Of a DNA stretch of 64,000 nt, positions 41,801-52,428 are shown piece by piece. The position numbers and the translations under genes were made by a program. The stretch's first letter is position 1, and every line of letters starts with the position of its first letter. The notes below the pieces were generated by a model. It was not told where the DNA came from, did not search any database, and saw only the letters and a list, made by a program, of their open reading frames with translations. Location: contig CM120644.1 of the NCBI GenBank assembly GCA_051362555.1, positions 9,990,954-10,054,953 of the forward strand, in the 5' to 3' direction. The DNA is from Lingula anatina. Its lineage: Eukaryota > Animalia > Brachiopoda.

Positions 41801-44800
41801 TAGTTCGATCCATCTGGATCGACCTAACTCCCTGGAAGTTCACGCTAAATTGCTGTCAGCCGAGCGTGCACGAAAGTTAATTACCCCCTTACAGCTTTTA
41901 TTAGGTGGGACAGACATTTAAGCCAGCTAAGCTGACAGCAATCTAATGAGACTCCCCATGGGGATAGATCGATCTAAAATTCTGTGTGAATGCAGTCTAA
42001 GTTTAGTTTCTCTCTTGTTGAGAAGGATTAGGGGTAGGATCTCCATATTTTAATTTGGAATGGGGAATTAGGGGGTTGAGAGAAGGGGGAAATCCCCCCC
42101 CCCCCCCCCCCCCCCCCATGTACATCCTCTTCTGGGCCAATCTGCCAACAAGTAAGATCATTCAAGTGCTAGGTAAGAGGCTCAATCTTCCAGCAACTTA
42201 TGCACAGGTAGAACAACCAAATATTTACGAGAAAGGGTCTCACAAAGGGACACAACTATGACTGTCTTTCCATAACCTTATCATACAAGCAGGATCAATT
42301 AATCTACCTCAGCAAGGATTCTTGCTAAGGCCCAGACAATGCAATCAGCTCAATTGTCTCGCATGCCCCCTTGCAAAGCAACATGAACAGCATCGTGAAC
42401 CAATGTTTTTCCATCTTTACCTAAGTATTTTAAGTTACGAGGGGGCATGCCACACATTTAAGCCGCTTAAACTGAATGTAATTTCCCTGAGTAGCTAAAA
42501 TGATCTAGCTAGTGTGATAGGGTTATAGAAATGGTCCCTATGACTGGTTCCCAGTGATATGGGATCTTAATTGTGACCCTATCCCCAGTTGGCCATATCT
42601 TAAAAGATAACTAAAAGTGTTTATGGGTAAATATGTTATATACATGTACATATTGACAATATGTTCTAGTGTGCATCATTTGTAAGGGAAAATGTTATAC
42701 TACGGTATATACACTCATACTCACATCTAAATAATATGCTCTTCCAAACAGGTTGTGTTTTGAGTGGAGCGCATGTAGCTCTACGTGATCCCAATGATGT
42801 TGTTGATGAAAAAACTGCTGATGACGATAAACCCCCTCACTTTTACCATGCCATGCCATGATCAGAAGGAACTCATGAATCAGCTTTCAATACATTTATA
42901 GCTCTACCCTCAGAAAACCCACATTAATTATCAAGAGTAGAGTCTGTATATTCATGAAAAATTAAGTTGTTTGGGTTTTTATGAGGGTAGTGTGTTATAT
43001 GATGGTCTACGTACAGTATTTCAGAAATGAAACCTCAGCATTTTATTAACACCAGGAAATTTCGGGGTGGAGTTGAAAGTAAGGGAATTATATATTCTTC
43101 TATTTAAAAATTCTCATTAACTCAAGTTAGTGAAAATGTTTTGTAAGCAGTTAATGTAACTATTTCTATACAGTGGGCTCTATTTTGATCCAAGACAAAC
43201 CAAAGAATATATATACATTGTTACTATGCATAAAAGTAGTATCTGTCTTGCTATTTCTTACTCACTGAAAAGCAGGCCCAATATATACTCATTCATTGGA
43301 CCGATTTACAGATACATTTGCTAGTGTACTGTAATTTCTGATATTAATATTAAGACCAGGAACTAGTGTAACTGAAAATCCAACATTTGTGAGCTCAGTA
43401 TAGACTGCATGATTTGGATGTAGCTGGCTTTGTAAAGTCAACTTTAGGCCTTTACATGTGAAACATATATAATATACATATATTAAATAAATGTACCTAA
43501 CATGAAAGAATTATTTTGCTCTGGGTCTGGGTCAAAAAAAGTTTGAGATAGGTTGATGAAATTTGGTAAATTTGTTCATTAACTTTATCCTCTCAATAAG
43601 TACAATGAAGCAGGGGTGAAGACCTACATACATGTACAAGGGCAGAAACCAAAGATATTTTCTGACAGTCTTCCAAATTATCTTTGTTGATCCATCCTCC
43701 ATTTTGACTGTCTTTTGACAAAAAAAATTGGATACCAGACAGTGTAAACTTGAAAATCTGACCGTCTTCTGGAATACCCAGAGGGCGGCCTCAATCCGTC
43801 CCTGCACATAGCTCCTGATAGTGCTGGTAATTGTAGATGATAACAATATTTTTAAGTGCCACACGCAGTATATCACTGCTGGGTTGTATGCTTCCCAGCT
43901 GTACCCTCTGCTGATTTCATTTATCAAGAGTATTGGACTATCAGCATAACCTGAATCTACCCTTAAAAGGGCCACTCCATAGGATTTTCTTGCCAAAATG
44001 AATTTTCCTGGGGTAAAGAGTAATTTTCTCTAACTCAGGAATTATTGCTTGAACCATCCTTACACTTAGATTTGATTTTTTTTATTCCATTTTTTATTCC
44101 ATTTAGTTTAAATGACTGGCCAGCCTAAGACTGCATTCCCATAGATTTAGATCGATTCATCTAGATTGACCTAACTCCCTGGGGGTTAACGCTAAATTGA
44201 TGTCAGCCAAGCGCGCACAGTAGTTAATTACCCCCTTACAACTTTTAGTAGGCGGGACAGATGCTTAAGCCCGCTAAGCTGACAGTAATCTAGTGAGACT
44301 CCCCATAGGGATAGATCGATCCAAAATCTGTGGGAATGGGGTCTAATAAACGATGTCTGCTGTCATGCTCATTGCCTCATTTCACACAAGACAATGTCGT
44401 TTTGTAAATCGTGGACATGTGACATGTATAACACAGAGTTTGAAAGCTGGCAATGGCTACCCAAGGAAGGAGATAATAACATCACAAGGTACACTTTAGA
44501 TAAATTTTATTTTAATTTTAAAAAGTTATGTTGTCTTTGGAGTCTAAATTGGAAATACAAGAAGCTTTACAAGATATATATAAATATGACTGAGGGAAAT
44601 TTTCAAAGGCATGGACAGAACCTCTAATAATTCATTTTGGTGGAGAAATTTCCACAAAAGGGAAGTGGCCCTGTTACATGAAAATCATCAAATATTTGTC
44701 AAGTAACATGTGCCCCATCAAAATATGTACTCATACTAGTGCAGACAAAACACATTGTAGGTACCTGCGTGCATATATATACATCTCTGATGTGAATTCA

Positions 44801-45212
44801 ACTGATAACTGTCAAATAAAATTAACAATGGCTCAATTTAAACAATTTTTATATTCCAAAAGAATTATTTTTATTCATAATTTAATTAACCAATTTTGAG
44901 AGATATGATGGCTCAGAAGGTATTTTTTAACCATGTACTTGCATGACCCAGCCTCTATGGCTATAATTGTAACAATTAATAAATTAGTAAATTAAGTTGC
45001 AATACACAAAGCTCAATCACATGCCATTAGCCATAAATTTATTTTGATATCATGTTTAATAAAAATTTAATTTGCAGAATAAGCAAACTTGTAAAATGAA
45101 TGATGATGCACTTCCTTTTTTGTAAATTGGACAAATAATAAGGTATATGAAGCATTTATTTATTTATTTTTATTTTTTTGCAATTGACACATGAAGGTGG
45201 CCACACACACAA

Positions 45213-45257
<45 letters not shown>

Positions 45258-45389
45258 GCACACGCATGTCAACATACAGTACATGTATTGTATACACACC
45301 TGTGGCGACTGTTCTTGCGAGCCATAGTACACAACTTTGTTGACATCATTTTCGTTCAGTCCAATTTCCACATGGCCAGGGTCGTTCAT
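28635..45389 (-). CDS. SLC38A11: Putative sodium-coupled neutral amino acid transporter 11 (SLC38/AAAP family), ~519 aa
   Basis: Exons 45389-45300 (or alternatively 42859-42725), 41311-41101, 38988-38914, 38424-38290, 38030-37965, 37557-37448, 36860-36710, 36426-36265, 29940-29828, 29344-29207, 28943-28635; phases consistent. Motifs NVINSIIGSGIVGMPFA, AMTSYNIIAGDT, AYLCHHNSFLI, TFTGYTQGDLLENYC and LTYPIECFVTREV match SLC38A11. First-exon assignment is less certain. Confidence 0.9.
30122..30287 (+). mobile_element. Degenerate hAT-type MITE copy
   Basis: gcggacccagagatattctctgacag...gatccatcctccattttga...aaactt...gtcttccggaag, homologous to 62255-62423; lies inside the outer Helentron-like element. 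Confidence 0.65.
30529..30714. mobile_element. Small Helentron-type non-autonomous element (AACTAGAAAAGCACTC...CCTTGGCAGAGGTAA family)
   Basis: Sub-terminal inverted repeat cctctgccaagg / ccttggcagagg with a 3' hairpin. The empty site is visible in the paralogous segment ~33255-33305 (aaaacataacaaaa..ccaat.aagctgctattcaaacttttaatct). Confidence 0.7.
31976..33080. mobile_element. Younger copy of the same Helentron-like family nested inside the outer copy
   Basis: Same 5' end and 3' hairpin. Removing it rejoins aacttctaaaa|taatggccc, the family consensus seen intact at ~32517-32537; no TSD. Confidence 0.75.
34400..35515. repeat. ~121 bp tandem repeat array in the Helentron-like element
   Basis: Units of aaaacagcataaattccctaaaaat...ttttcgaacttgacctgcgtattatgaatattcatcagttctg...ttccacttatcgtgttatcggtgctgcatatatgctgaaaaa repeated about 8-9 times. 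Confidence 0.9.
35905..36303. repeat. 53 bp minisatellite (~7.5 copies) derived from an SLC38A11 exon end plus splice donor
   Basis: ccaaacaggccctagtacacctaccttgggtatatcccatgaatgtgatgtac repeated; cctaccttggg at 35941, 35994, 36047, 36100, 36153, 36206 and 36260. Confidence 0.95.
39305..41093. mobile_element. Helentron-like element, third copy of the family, in SLC38A11 intron
   Basis: 5' gcaaagctgtcaaatgtacagacaaaaagcagg; body closely similar to 31976-33080; same microsatellite and terminal hairpin, ending a few nt from the 41100 donor. Confidence 0.75.
41782..41997. mobile_element. PIF/Harbinger-type MITE, same family as 44129-44343
   Basis: Colinear similarity (gacctaactccctgg...cgctaaattg.tgtcagcc...gttaattacccccttaca...gagactcccca..gggatagatcgatc); ends in gtc+TAA. 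Confidence 0.7.
42260..42540. mobile_element. Degenerate copy of the 46090 MITE subfamily
   Basis: ccataaccttatcatacaagcaggatc...ggattcttgctaag at the left end and gctagtgtgatagggttatagaaatg at the right end. Confidence 0.6.
43637..43804 (+). mobile_element. hAT-type MITE copy
   Basis: agatattttctgacagtcttccaaattatctttgttgatccatcctcc...gtaaacttgaaaatctgaccg...atccgtccctg, homologous to 62255-62423. Confidence 0.7.
44129..44343. mobile_element. PIF/Harbinger-type MITE
   Basis: Imperfect ~30 bp TIR gactgcattcccatagatttagatcgat / atcgatccaaaatctgtgggaatggggtc, flanked by TAA on both sides. Confidence 0.75.
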
Positions 45390-45399
45390 TGTGACAGCC

Positions 45400-46740
45400 T
45401 GATGTACATACGACCCTCTTCAAAGTGCACTGATTCCGGGCACTGGTTTAGTGACTGTTAATCCCAGCTGCTGTGCTGCAGTGCAGCATTGGTAGTTGGG
45501 TCAATGTCGAGTTGAAATGGACAAAATGCCTTGAGGGATAATACTTTGTATCCAAAATGTTTCCTGTTCTGCTAATAAATGGCCCCATCAGTAATAATGT
45601 CAAGCAGTTCCGCTTCAGACAACTAACAGCAGAGTAAACGAGTAGGGCCAGCTGAAATGTTGGCAGAAGTTTCAGCATTAATTTTTTTCAAATTAAAATG
45701 CTCAGCATTTTTTCGGCTTTAATAAATAAATAATAATAATGATTTTGGTTATTTGCATGATTATAAATATGAAAAACTTCAAAGAACCCCCCCCCCCACC
45801 ACACACACACACACACACACTCACACACACACAAAATATCCGGGTATTTCCAATATGGCAGCGCCCAAAATACACCCCATACACTGTTTGTGTAAACGTC
45901 TACTCGTTTAAATACAACGTGAATGCTAGAAGCAGATAGTTAAAGTGCTTAGGTTGCATTCTTAAATAAGTAGGTATCCCGATGACAGGCGATGTGTAGT
46001 TAAATTGGCTTAAATAGCAATATTTTTGCAACCCTTGCCTCAGAATTGGTCGTAGTACAGTACTTCCTTAATTGAGTACGGTATCTTATGACTGAGTTCC
46101 CATAAACCTATCGTACTAGCAGGATCGATCTAACTCCGAGGGGATTCTCGCTAAGTTGTATTCACTTTAAGCGGCTTAAATCTTTGCCACGCCCACTAAA
46201 GCTGATAGTGGGGTATTTAACTTTCGTGCACGCTTAAATAGAATGCAATTTAGGGAGAATCTCCTCGAAGATGGATCGATCCTGCTAGTACAATAGGGTT
46301 ATGGGAATGACCCCTATGCTGTAGGCAATGCACCTTCAAACTTAAAAGTATTGGGTTTTTAAGATTTTTCTAAATTCCGTCATGTGCTGTTTTCACAATG
46401 TATGTAGACTTCTATGGTGTATATTTTTGGCAATTTTAAAATTTAAAATGACCGTCCAATTCCGCTCAGTAGTTGGAAAACTATTCTCCTTTACAGATAA
46501 ACTTTTATTGAGTGCTAAATCAATGTAATTTTGGGTGCAGAATCCAAATAACAAGTTATTTTGATGCATGTTTAAAGAAACATTGGGGTGTCATTTCCCA
46601 TCATTTAGTGTCATTTTATATCATTTCAGTGTTTACAAATGACATATGAATATATGATACATGTAGATTGATTTTAACTGGTCTTTCAACTAGGTATATC
46701 TTATCAAATTCCAGTCAAGCAAAGAAAAAACTTTAAAAAG
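45400..46740. promoter_or_regulatory. Putative bidirectional promoter region of SLC38A11 and POP7
   Basis: Head-to-head arrangement. YY1-like AATATGGCAGCG near 45852; 5'UTR acceptor (tttcaactag|) for POP7 at ~46693. Confidence 0.4.
46090..46314. mobile_element. Harbinger-like MITE, related subfamily, in the SLC38A11/POP7 promoter interval
   Basis: Long TIR ttcccataaacctatcgtactagcaggatcgatc / gatcgatcctgctagtacaatagggttatgggaa; interior aactttcgtgcacgct is the reverse complement of the 41863 motif. Confidence 0.7.
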
Positions 46741-47211
46741 ATGGCAGAGACTAAGGGAAAGCAACAGAACAAATCAAAGGACACCATTAGTCCAGGAATC
46801 AAGAAGGATATACAAGAACTTATAGACAAGGAGGAACATGCACTGAGAAAGAGACTCCCTGTAAAATTACCAAAAAGGAAAAATGATATTTATGTACATC
46901 GCAAAACAGACTTCAGCGCACAGATGCTGAGGTGTCAAAAACTGCTTGACACAGGTTATAATATGATATTCATTCATGGCATTGGCATGGCAGTCAACAG
47001 AGCCATTAATCTTGCAATGCAACTCAATGAATTAGAACATAGGACTTTGGAAATGGAGGTGAATACATCAACTGTTGAACTTTCCAGTGACCTTGAGGCA
47101 AATGTAGATGATCTTGACCCAGATTCATGCGGAGGAATTAACTCTGCTGTTCACATTAGATTGTTCAGGTTAAAGAAAACAGAATCAAGTCAAAAGCAGG
47201 CCACCCAATAG
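46741..47211 (+). CDS. POP7: Ribonuclease P/MRP protein subunit p20 (Rpp20, Alba-like)
   Basis: Uninterrupted 156 aa ORF containing LRKRLPVKLPKRKNDIYV..KTDFSAQMLRCQKLLD and IHGIGMAVNRAINLAMQL..VNTSTVEL..NSAVHIR, the characteristic Rpp20 blocks. Confidence 0.95.
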   Translation: MAETKGKQQNKSKDTISPGIKKDIQELIDKEEHALRKRLPVKLPKRKNDIYVHRKTDFSAQMLRCQKLLDTGYNMIFIHGIGMAVNRAINLAMQLNELEHRTLEMEVNTSTVELSSDLEANVDDLDPDSCGGINSAVHIRLFRLKKTESSQKQATQ

Positions 47212-48714
47212 CTCATGCAATTATTGTATTTATTAAAATCTAAAAAGGAACATGCATATTGTTTGTATTTGTCTTTGTTTTTTCCAAAGGTAGTTTTTTC
47301 CCCAGGGTATTTCTTTATTGCCTAATGAAAATGTTTAATATATGAATTCAAATAAATAACTCAACTGCCATCTTCAGTTATGAATCAAAAGTTCTTTATT
47401 CATTTCATAAAGATATTCATTCAATCAGATATTTATGACAAATTGAGGGTCAAAATAACAGTTTTTCAAAATAACAATATTCCGCTGAAAAACTCTGGAA
47501 GACAACCCTAACACATCTTATTTTTGACTTCATTGAAGTGTGTGTGAACTTGATGAACCTGAAGAGAACATACAGTTTCACACTGACTCAGCTTTGTACC
47601 AACTAAACTTTATCACATTTCCAAGGCAATAATATAAAAGAAAAATATTGCTTGCAGTTTCCTTCTTTTAAAGAATCTGCATTTACAATAAACAATTATG
47701 ACAGAGAATGGGAAATAATCTTACAGTAAACAAACGTGCCGTAGAGACACACATTATACGTATGGGGTTATACAAAATAGCCAGTAGTTCTATTTAGGCC
47801 TGTAGAGAAATGAATTGTGATGAAAAAACAGCCAAGTTCACAGACAGCCATTGTTGAGCATAAGATGTCAATAAATTGATATACATATTGTAACGTTCCC
47901 CCCCCTCCGTTTTGCATTCCAATACAACATTTTCACTTTATCTCTTCAGAAATTCACTTTGGAAGGGTTAGCGCTTACGTACCTGCCCTCCACCTTTATT
48001 TGATTCCCCCTACTACAATTGTTTCCGTCGATTGAAAGAAAATTTAATCTAAAGAAGACAAAACTACCGATACAGTGCATCGACGATGCATGGAAGCCGT
48101 CATATATGCCACTTCATGCTGACCTACGCCGTACGCGAAGCTCGTGCTTCACGCGACTGATGACGTCGCCGCGTCAGAGTATAAATAGAGAAGCGCGCTG
48201 ATGGAAGCGTCCTGTCTGGCTGTATAGAAGGAGAAGACGGAGAAGTCAGAGAAGAATCTAAGACAAAAAAAAAAAAAACCAAGAAAAGAAGAACCAGCAG
48301 TGAGTGTTAGGGCAGCCCTTAGGGGCTAGCCCGCTTCATTTTTTTTTATTATTATTTTTTTTATTTATTTAAAGGGGGGAAACCCGATAAGGAATTTAAA
48401 TGTTCAGTAGATTTAACGGTAGATCGTAACCTCATTTATTCCATTGCTCGATTAACGTCGAACTATTATGGAAAATTTATTTCCATGCAGCCCCAGTTGT
48501 CATTGCTAACTGTAACAGTTCATACTGAGTCCGATTATGGACACAGATCAGTTAAGTTGGTTATTGTTACTGCAGTCGTTTTATTGACAGCAGTAAGTAC
48601 TTAAGTTCGTTATTTTCACAGCCGTCGATCCCTTGACAGCAGTGCGTAATTAAGGCTAAGCGTAGGGTAGATTTTCTTTCTTTATTTTATTTTCGCTTAT
48701 TTTTCCTTTCTAAC

Positions 48715-50650
48715 AATTCCATGATGTCATTTATAGACCACATCATTTCAGTCATAGCTAAGTCATGTTGTCGTCGAAGACAACGTTAGTAATTCCATGT
48801 TGTCATATAATGACCGCGTCAATCCCGTCATAGTTAAGTTAGGTCGTCTTTTAAAGACAACTTCATGTTGTCGTTGGAGACAACGTTAGTAATTCCATGT
48901 TGTCATATAATGACCGCGTCATTCCCGACATAGTTAAGTTAGGTTGTCTTCTAAAGACAGCGTCATGTTGTCGTCGGAGACAACGTTAGTCATTTCATGT
49001 TGTCATCTAGTGACCACGTCATTCCCGTCATAATTAAGTTAGGTTGTCTTTTAGAGACCACGCCATGTTGTCGTTGGGGACAACGTTAGTAATTCCATGT
49101 TGTCATATAATGACCGCGTCATTCCCGTCATAGTTAAGTTAGGTTGTCTTTTAAAGACAACTTCATGTTGTCGTCGGAGACAACGTTAGTAATTCCATGT
49201 TGTCATATAATGACCGCGTCATTCGGGTCATAGTTAAGTTAGGTCATCTTTTAGAGACAACGTCATGTTGTCAGTCATTCCATGTTATCATTTAATGACC
49301 GCGTCATTCCCGACATAGTTAAGTTAGGTTGTCTTCTAGAGACAACGTCATGTTGTCGTCCGAGACAACGTCAGTCATTCCATGTTGTCATTTAATGACC
49401 GCGTCATTCAAGTCATAGTTAAGTTAGGTCGTCTTTTAGAGACAACGTGATGTTGTCGTCCGAGACAACGTCAGTCATTCCATGTTGTCATTTAATGACC
49501 GCGTCATTCAAGTCATAGTTAAGTTAGGTCGTCTTTTAGAGACAACGTCATGTTGTCGTCTGAGACAACGTCAGTCATTCCATGTTGTCATCTTATGACC
49601 GCGTCATTTAAGTCATAGTTAAGTTAGGTTGTCTTTTAAGGACAACGTCATGTTGTCGTCAGAGACAACGTCAGTCATTCCATGTTGTCATCTAATGACC
49701 GCGTCATTTAAGTCATAGTTAAGTTAGGTTGTCTTTTAAGGACAACGTCATGTTGTCGTCAGAGACAACGTCAGTCATTCCATGTTGTCATCTAATGACC
49801 GCGTCATTTAAGTCATAGTTAAGTTAGGTTGTCTTTTAAGGACAACGTCATGTTGTCGTCAGAGACAACGTCAGTCATTCCATGTTGTCATCTAATGACC
49901 GCGTCATTTAAGTCATAGTTAAGTTAGGTTGTCTTTTAAGGACAACGTCATGTTGTCGTCAGAGACAACGTCAGTCATTCCATGTTGTCATCTAATGACC
50001 GCGTCATTTACGTCATAGTTAAGTTAGGTTGTCTTTTAAGGACACATCATATTTTCGTCAGAGACAACGTCAGTCATTCCATGTTGTCATCTAATGACCG
50101 CGTCATTTACGTCATAGTTAAGTTAGGTTGTCTTTTAAGGACAACGTCATGTTGTCTTCAGAGACAACGTCAGTCATTCCATGTTGTCATCTAATGACCG
50201 CGTCATTTAAGTCATAGTTAAGTCATGTTAACTCTTAGTGACAACGTCATGTTGTCTTCAGAGACAACGTCAGTCATTCCATGTTGTCATCTAATGACCG
50301 CGTCATTTAAGTCATAGTTAAGTCATGTTAACTCTTAGTGACAACGTCATGTTGTCTGCAGAGACAACGTCAGTCATTCCATGTTGTCATCTAATGACCG
50401 CGTCATTTAAGTCCTAGTTAAGTCATGTGAACTCTTAGTGACAACGTCATGTTGTCTTCAGAGACAACGTCAGTCATTCCATGTTGTCATCTAATGACCG
50501 CGTCATTTAAGTCATAGTTAAGTCATGTTAACGCTTAGTGACAACGTCATGTTGTCTTCAGAGACAACGTCAGTCATTCCATGTTGTCATCTAATGACCA
50601 CGTCATTCCAGTCATGGTTAAGGCATGTTGTTTGTTTTAGATATAACGTC
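48715..50650. repeat. Tandem satellite array, 100 bp monomer, ~19-20 copies, inside the LTR-like element
   Basis: Monomer catgttgtcatctaatgaccgcgtcatttaagtcatagttaagttaggttgtcttttaaggacaacgtcatgttgtcgtcagagacaacgtcagtcattc recurs at 49681, 49781, 49881 etc. Confidence 0.95.
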
Positions 50651-52009
50651 GTAGGGTTAGCTTCAGCGCTTGCGATGAAGCTTAGTTTAACTAAAGCGTA
50701 ACCTAACGCTAGGTCCTTGTTTTGTGTTATCTACTAATGGAATCAGTGTCCAGTGTTACCCTAGTATATGGGGGGAGGATTTTACTGTACGCATGATAAG
50801 TTGTTACGATAGTATATGGGGGGAGAGATTTAACCACATTTATCTAAAGTGATAAGACTGTGTATGGGAGGGCGGTTTTTAAGGAAATAATGTTATGCAC
50901 GCCGGCGAGCTATGTTGGCTATGGATGGACAAGGTCGGCATAGTGAGTCTTTCAGAGGGAGTTAGGGACCTCTTTAAATTTCTCTAGCTAGTGTAGGCAA
51001 TGCTAAGATATAAAACCATTGTAAGAAGTAAATTTCATAGTTGAATAATCAGTGTTTAGCACAGTGCATAGTGGGAGAGTTACTCTCCGGTTAAGGTTAC
51101 TAATCAACGTGATTTGAGTTTCTTTGAGTTAACAGTTGGCTGGGCGGAACCTCTTCAGTGTCTTCCGGGCCATGGGCTTATGCAGCATAACGGTCTGGGA
51201 CCCCTTGGTAGAGCTGTGCCAAGGATGTTGCAATTATTGTGTATGACGACCCCGGGTGAAAAGCCGGCCGGGTCCGGGGCGCCATAGTAGAGCGGACGTC
51301 CACTTGGGTCTGATGCCGAGTTCCAGCCCAAGAGTGTTCCTCCCGTGTGAAGGGAGTCGAGTTACCCCGTGTGAAGGGGCAGATTTTGCTTTTGTTTCTT
51401 TAGTTCAGTGTGTCCATCCGGAGGAGTCGAGTGGATGCCAGCCGACTGTGACCTTAGAAACGGAGACGTGGTGAAGATTGTCCAACCCCTGCCACGGGAC
51501 GTAAGGCCGTAGCGGGCCGATCCCTTACGGTGCTTCCCTGCGAACCCCCGTCCCCGCCCATGCGAGTTCGGAGATTTCACACGGAACAGACGGTGCTCAG
51601 GGAGTGGAAAATGTGGGCTTGTGATATGCGAAGATTAACCTTGCTCTTTCGGTGCCAACGATCACTGGTCCCGAGTCAAAGGGTTTCAGCGCCGCCAAGA
51701 TCTCCACTGATTGGTTTGAAGGCCGCGGCGATCCCCCGCGCCCTCGTCACTGGTGACCGGAAAGATTGTCAGTATTGAGTTGGTATCACTTGACCCGCAC
51801 CCTTGCGCATTTCTGGTAGAGAGTATCGCCGCATCCACATCAGAGCTGGTGAAGCTGGAATCGGGCTGTCGGGAGAGGGTGCACACCGAGAGCTGACTTG
51901 GATTCCCCTAGCGACTGCGGCCGTGCGATGCGGTATGAACTCCCTACCATGAGGACATCATCTTGAAAAGAGAATTACAGAACGGACAGCACCACGGAGA
52001 TGAGTGACA

Positions 52010-52428
52010 CTACGCGAGCCACGACGCTACCATAAGAAGACTACGTACGGTATTTCATATGAGAAGATACGCGATCTACGGGAACCGCTGAGCTACCCAT
52101 AAGAAGAGTACGCGAGCCACGACGCTACCATAAGATTGACTACGTACGATAATTCATATGAGAAGATACGCGATCTACGGGAACCGCTGCGCTACCCATA
52201 AGAAGGCTACGCGAGCCACGACGCTACCATAAGATTGACTACGTACGATAATCCATATGAGAAGATACGCGATCTACGGGAACCGCTGAGCTACCCATAA
52301 GAAGAGTACGCGAGCCACGACGCTACCATAAGATGACTACGTACGATAATCCATATGAGAAGAAACGCGATCTACGGGAACCGCTGCGCTACCCATAAGA
52401 AGACTACGCAAGCCACGACGCTACCAGA
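52010..52428. repeat. Tandem array, 98-99 bp monomer, ~4.2 copies, inside the LTR-like element
   Basis: tacgcgagccacgacgctacc (one mismatch in the last copy) recurs at 52011, 52109, 52208, 52307 and 52405. Confidence 0.95.

Noticed and set aside
43532-43996. 154 aa ORF
   Set aside because: Runs through a hAT MITE copy, has a non-ATG start, and shows no protein-family features.
48715-50650. CRISPR-like array (palindromic repeats at regular spacing)
   Set aside because: The intervening sequences are themselves repeated rather than unique spacers, there are no cas genes, and the context is a spliceosomal eukaryotic locus.
51243-51290. Hammerhead-like ATGACGA-CCCCGGGT-GAAA in the LTR-like element
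   Set aside because: The core lacks the initial C, stem II closure does not pair, and no stem I/III could be built.
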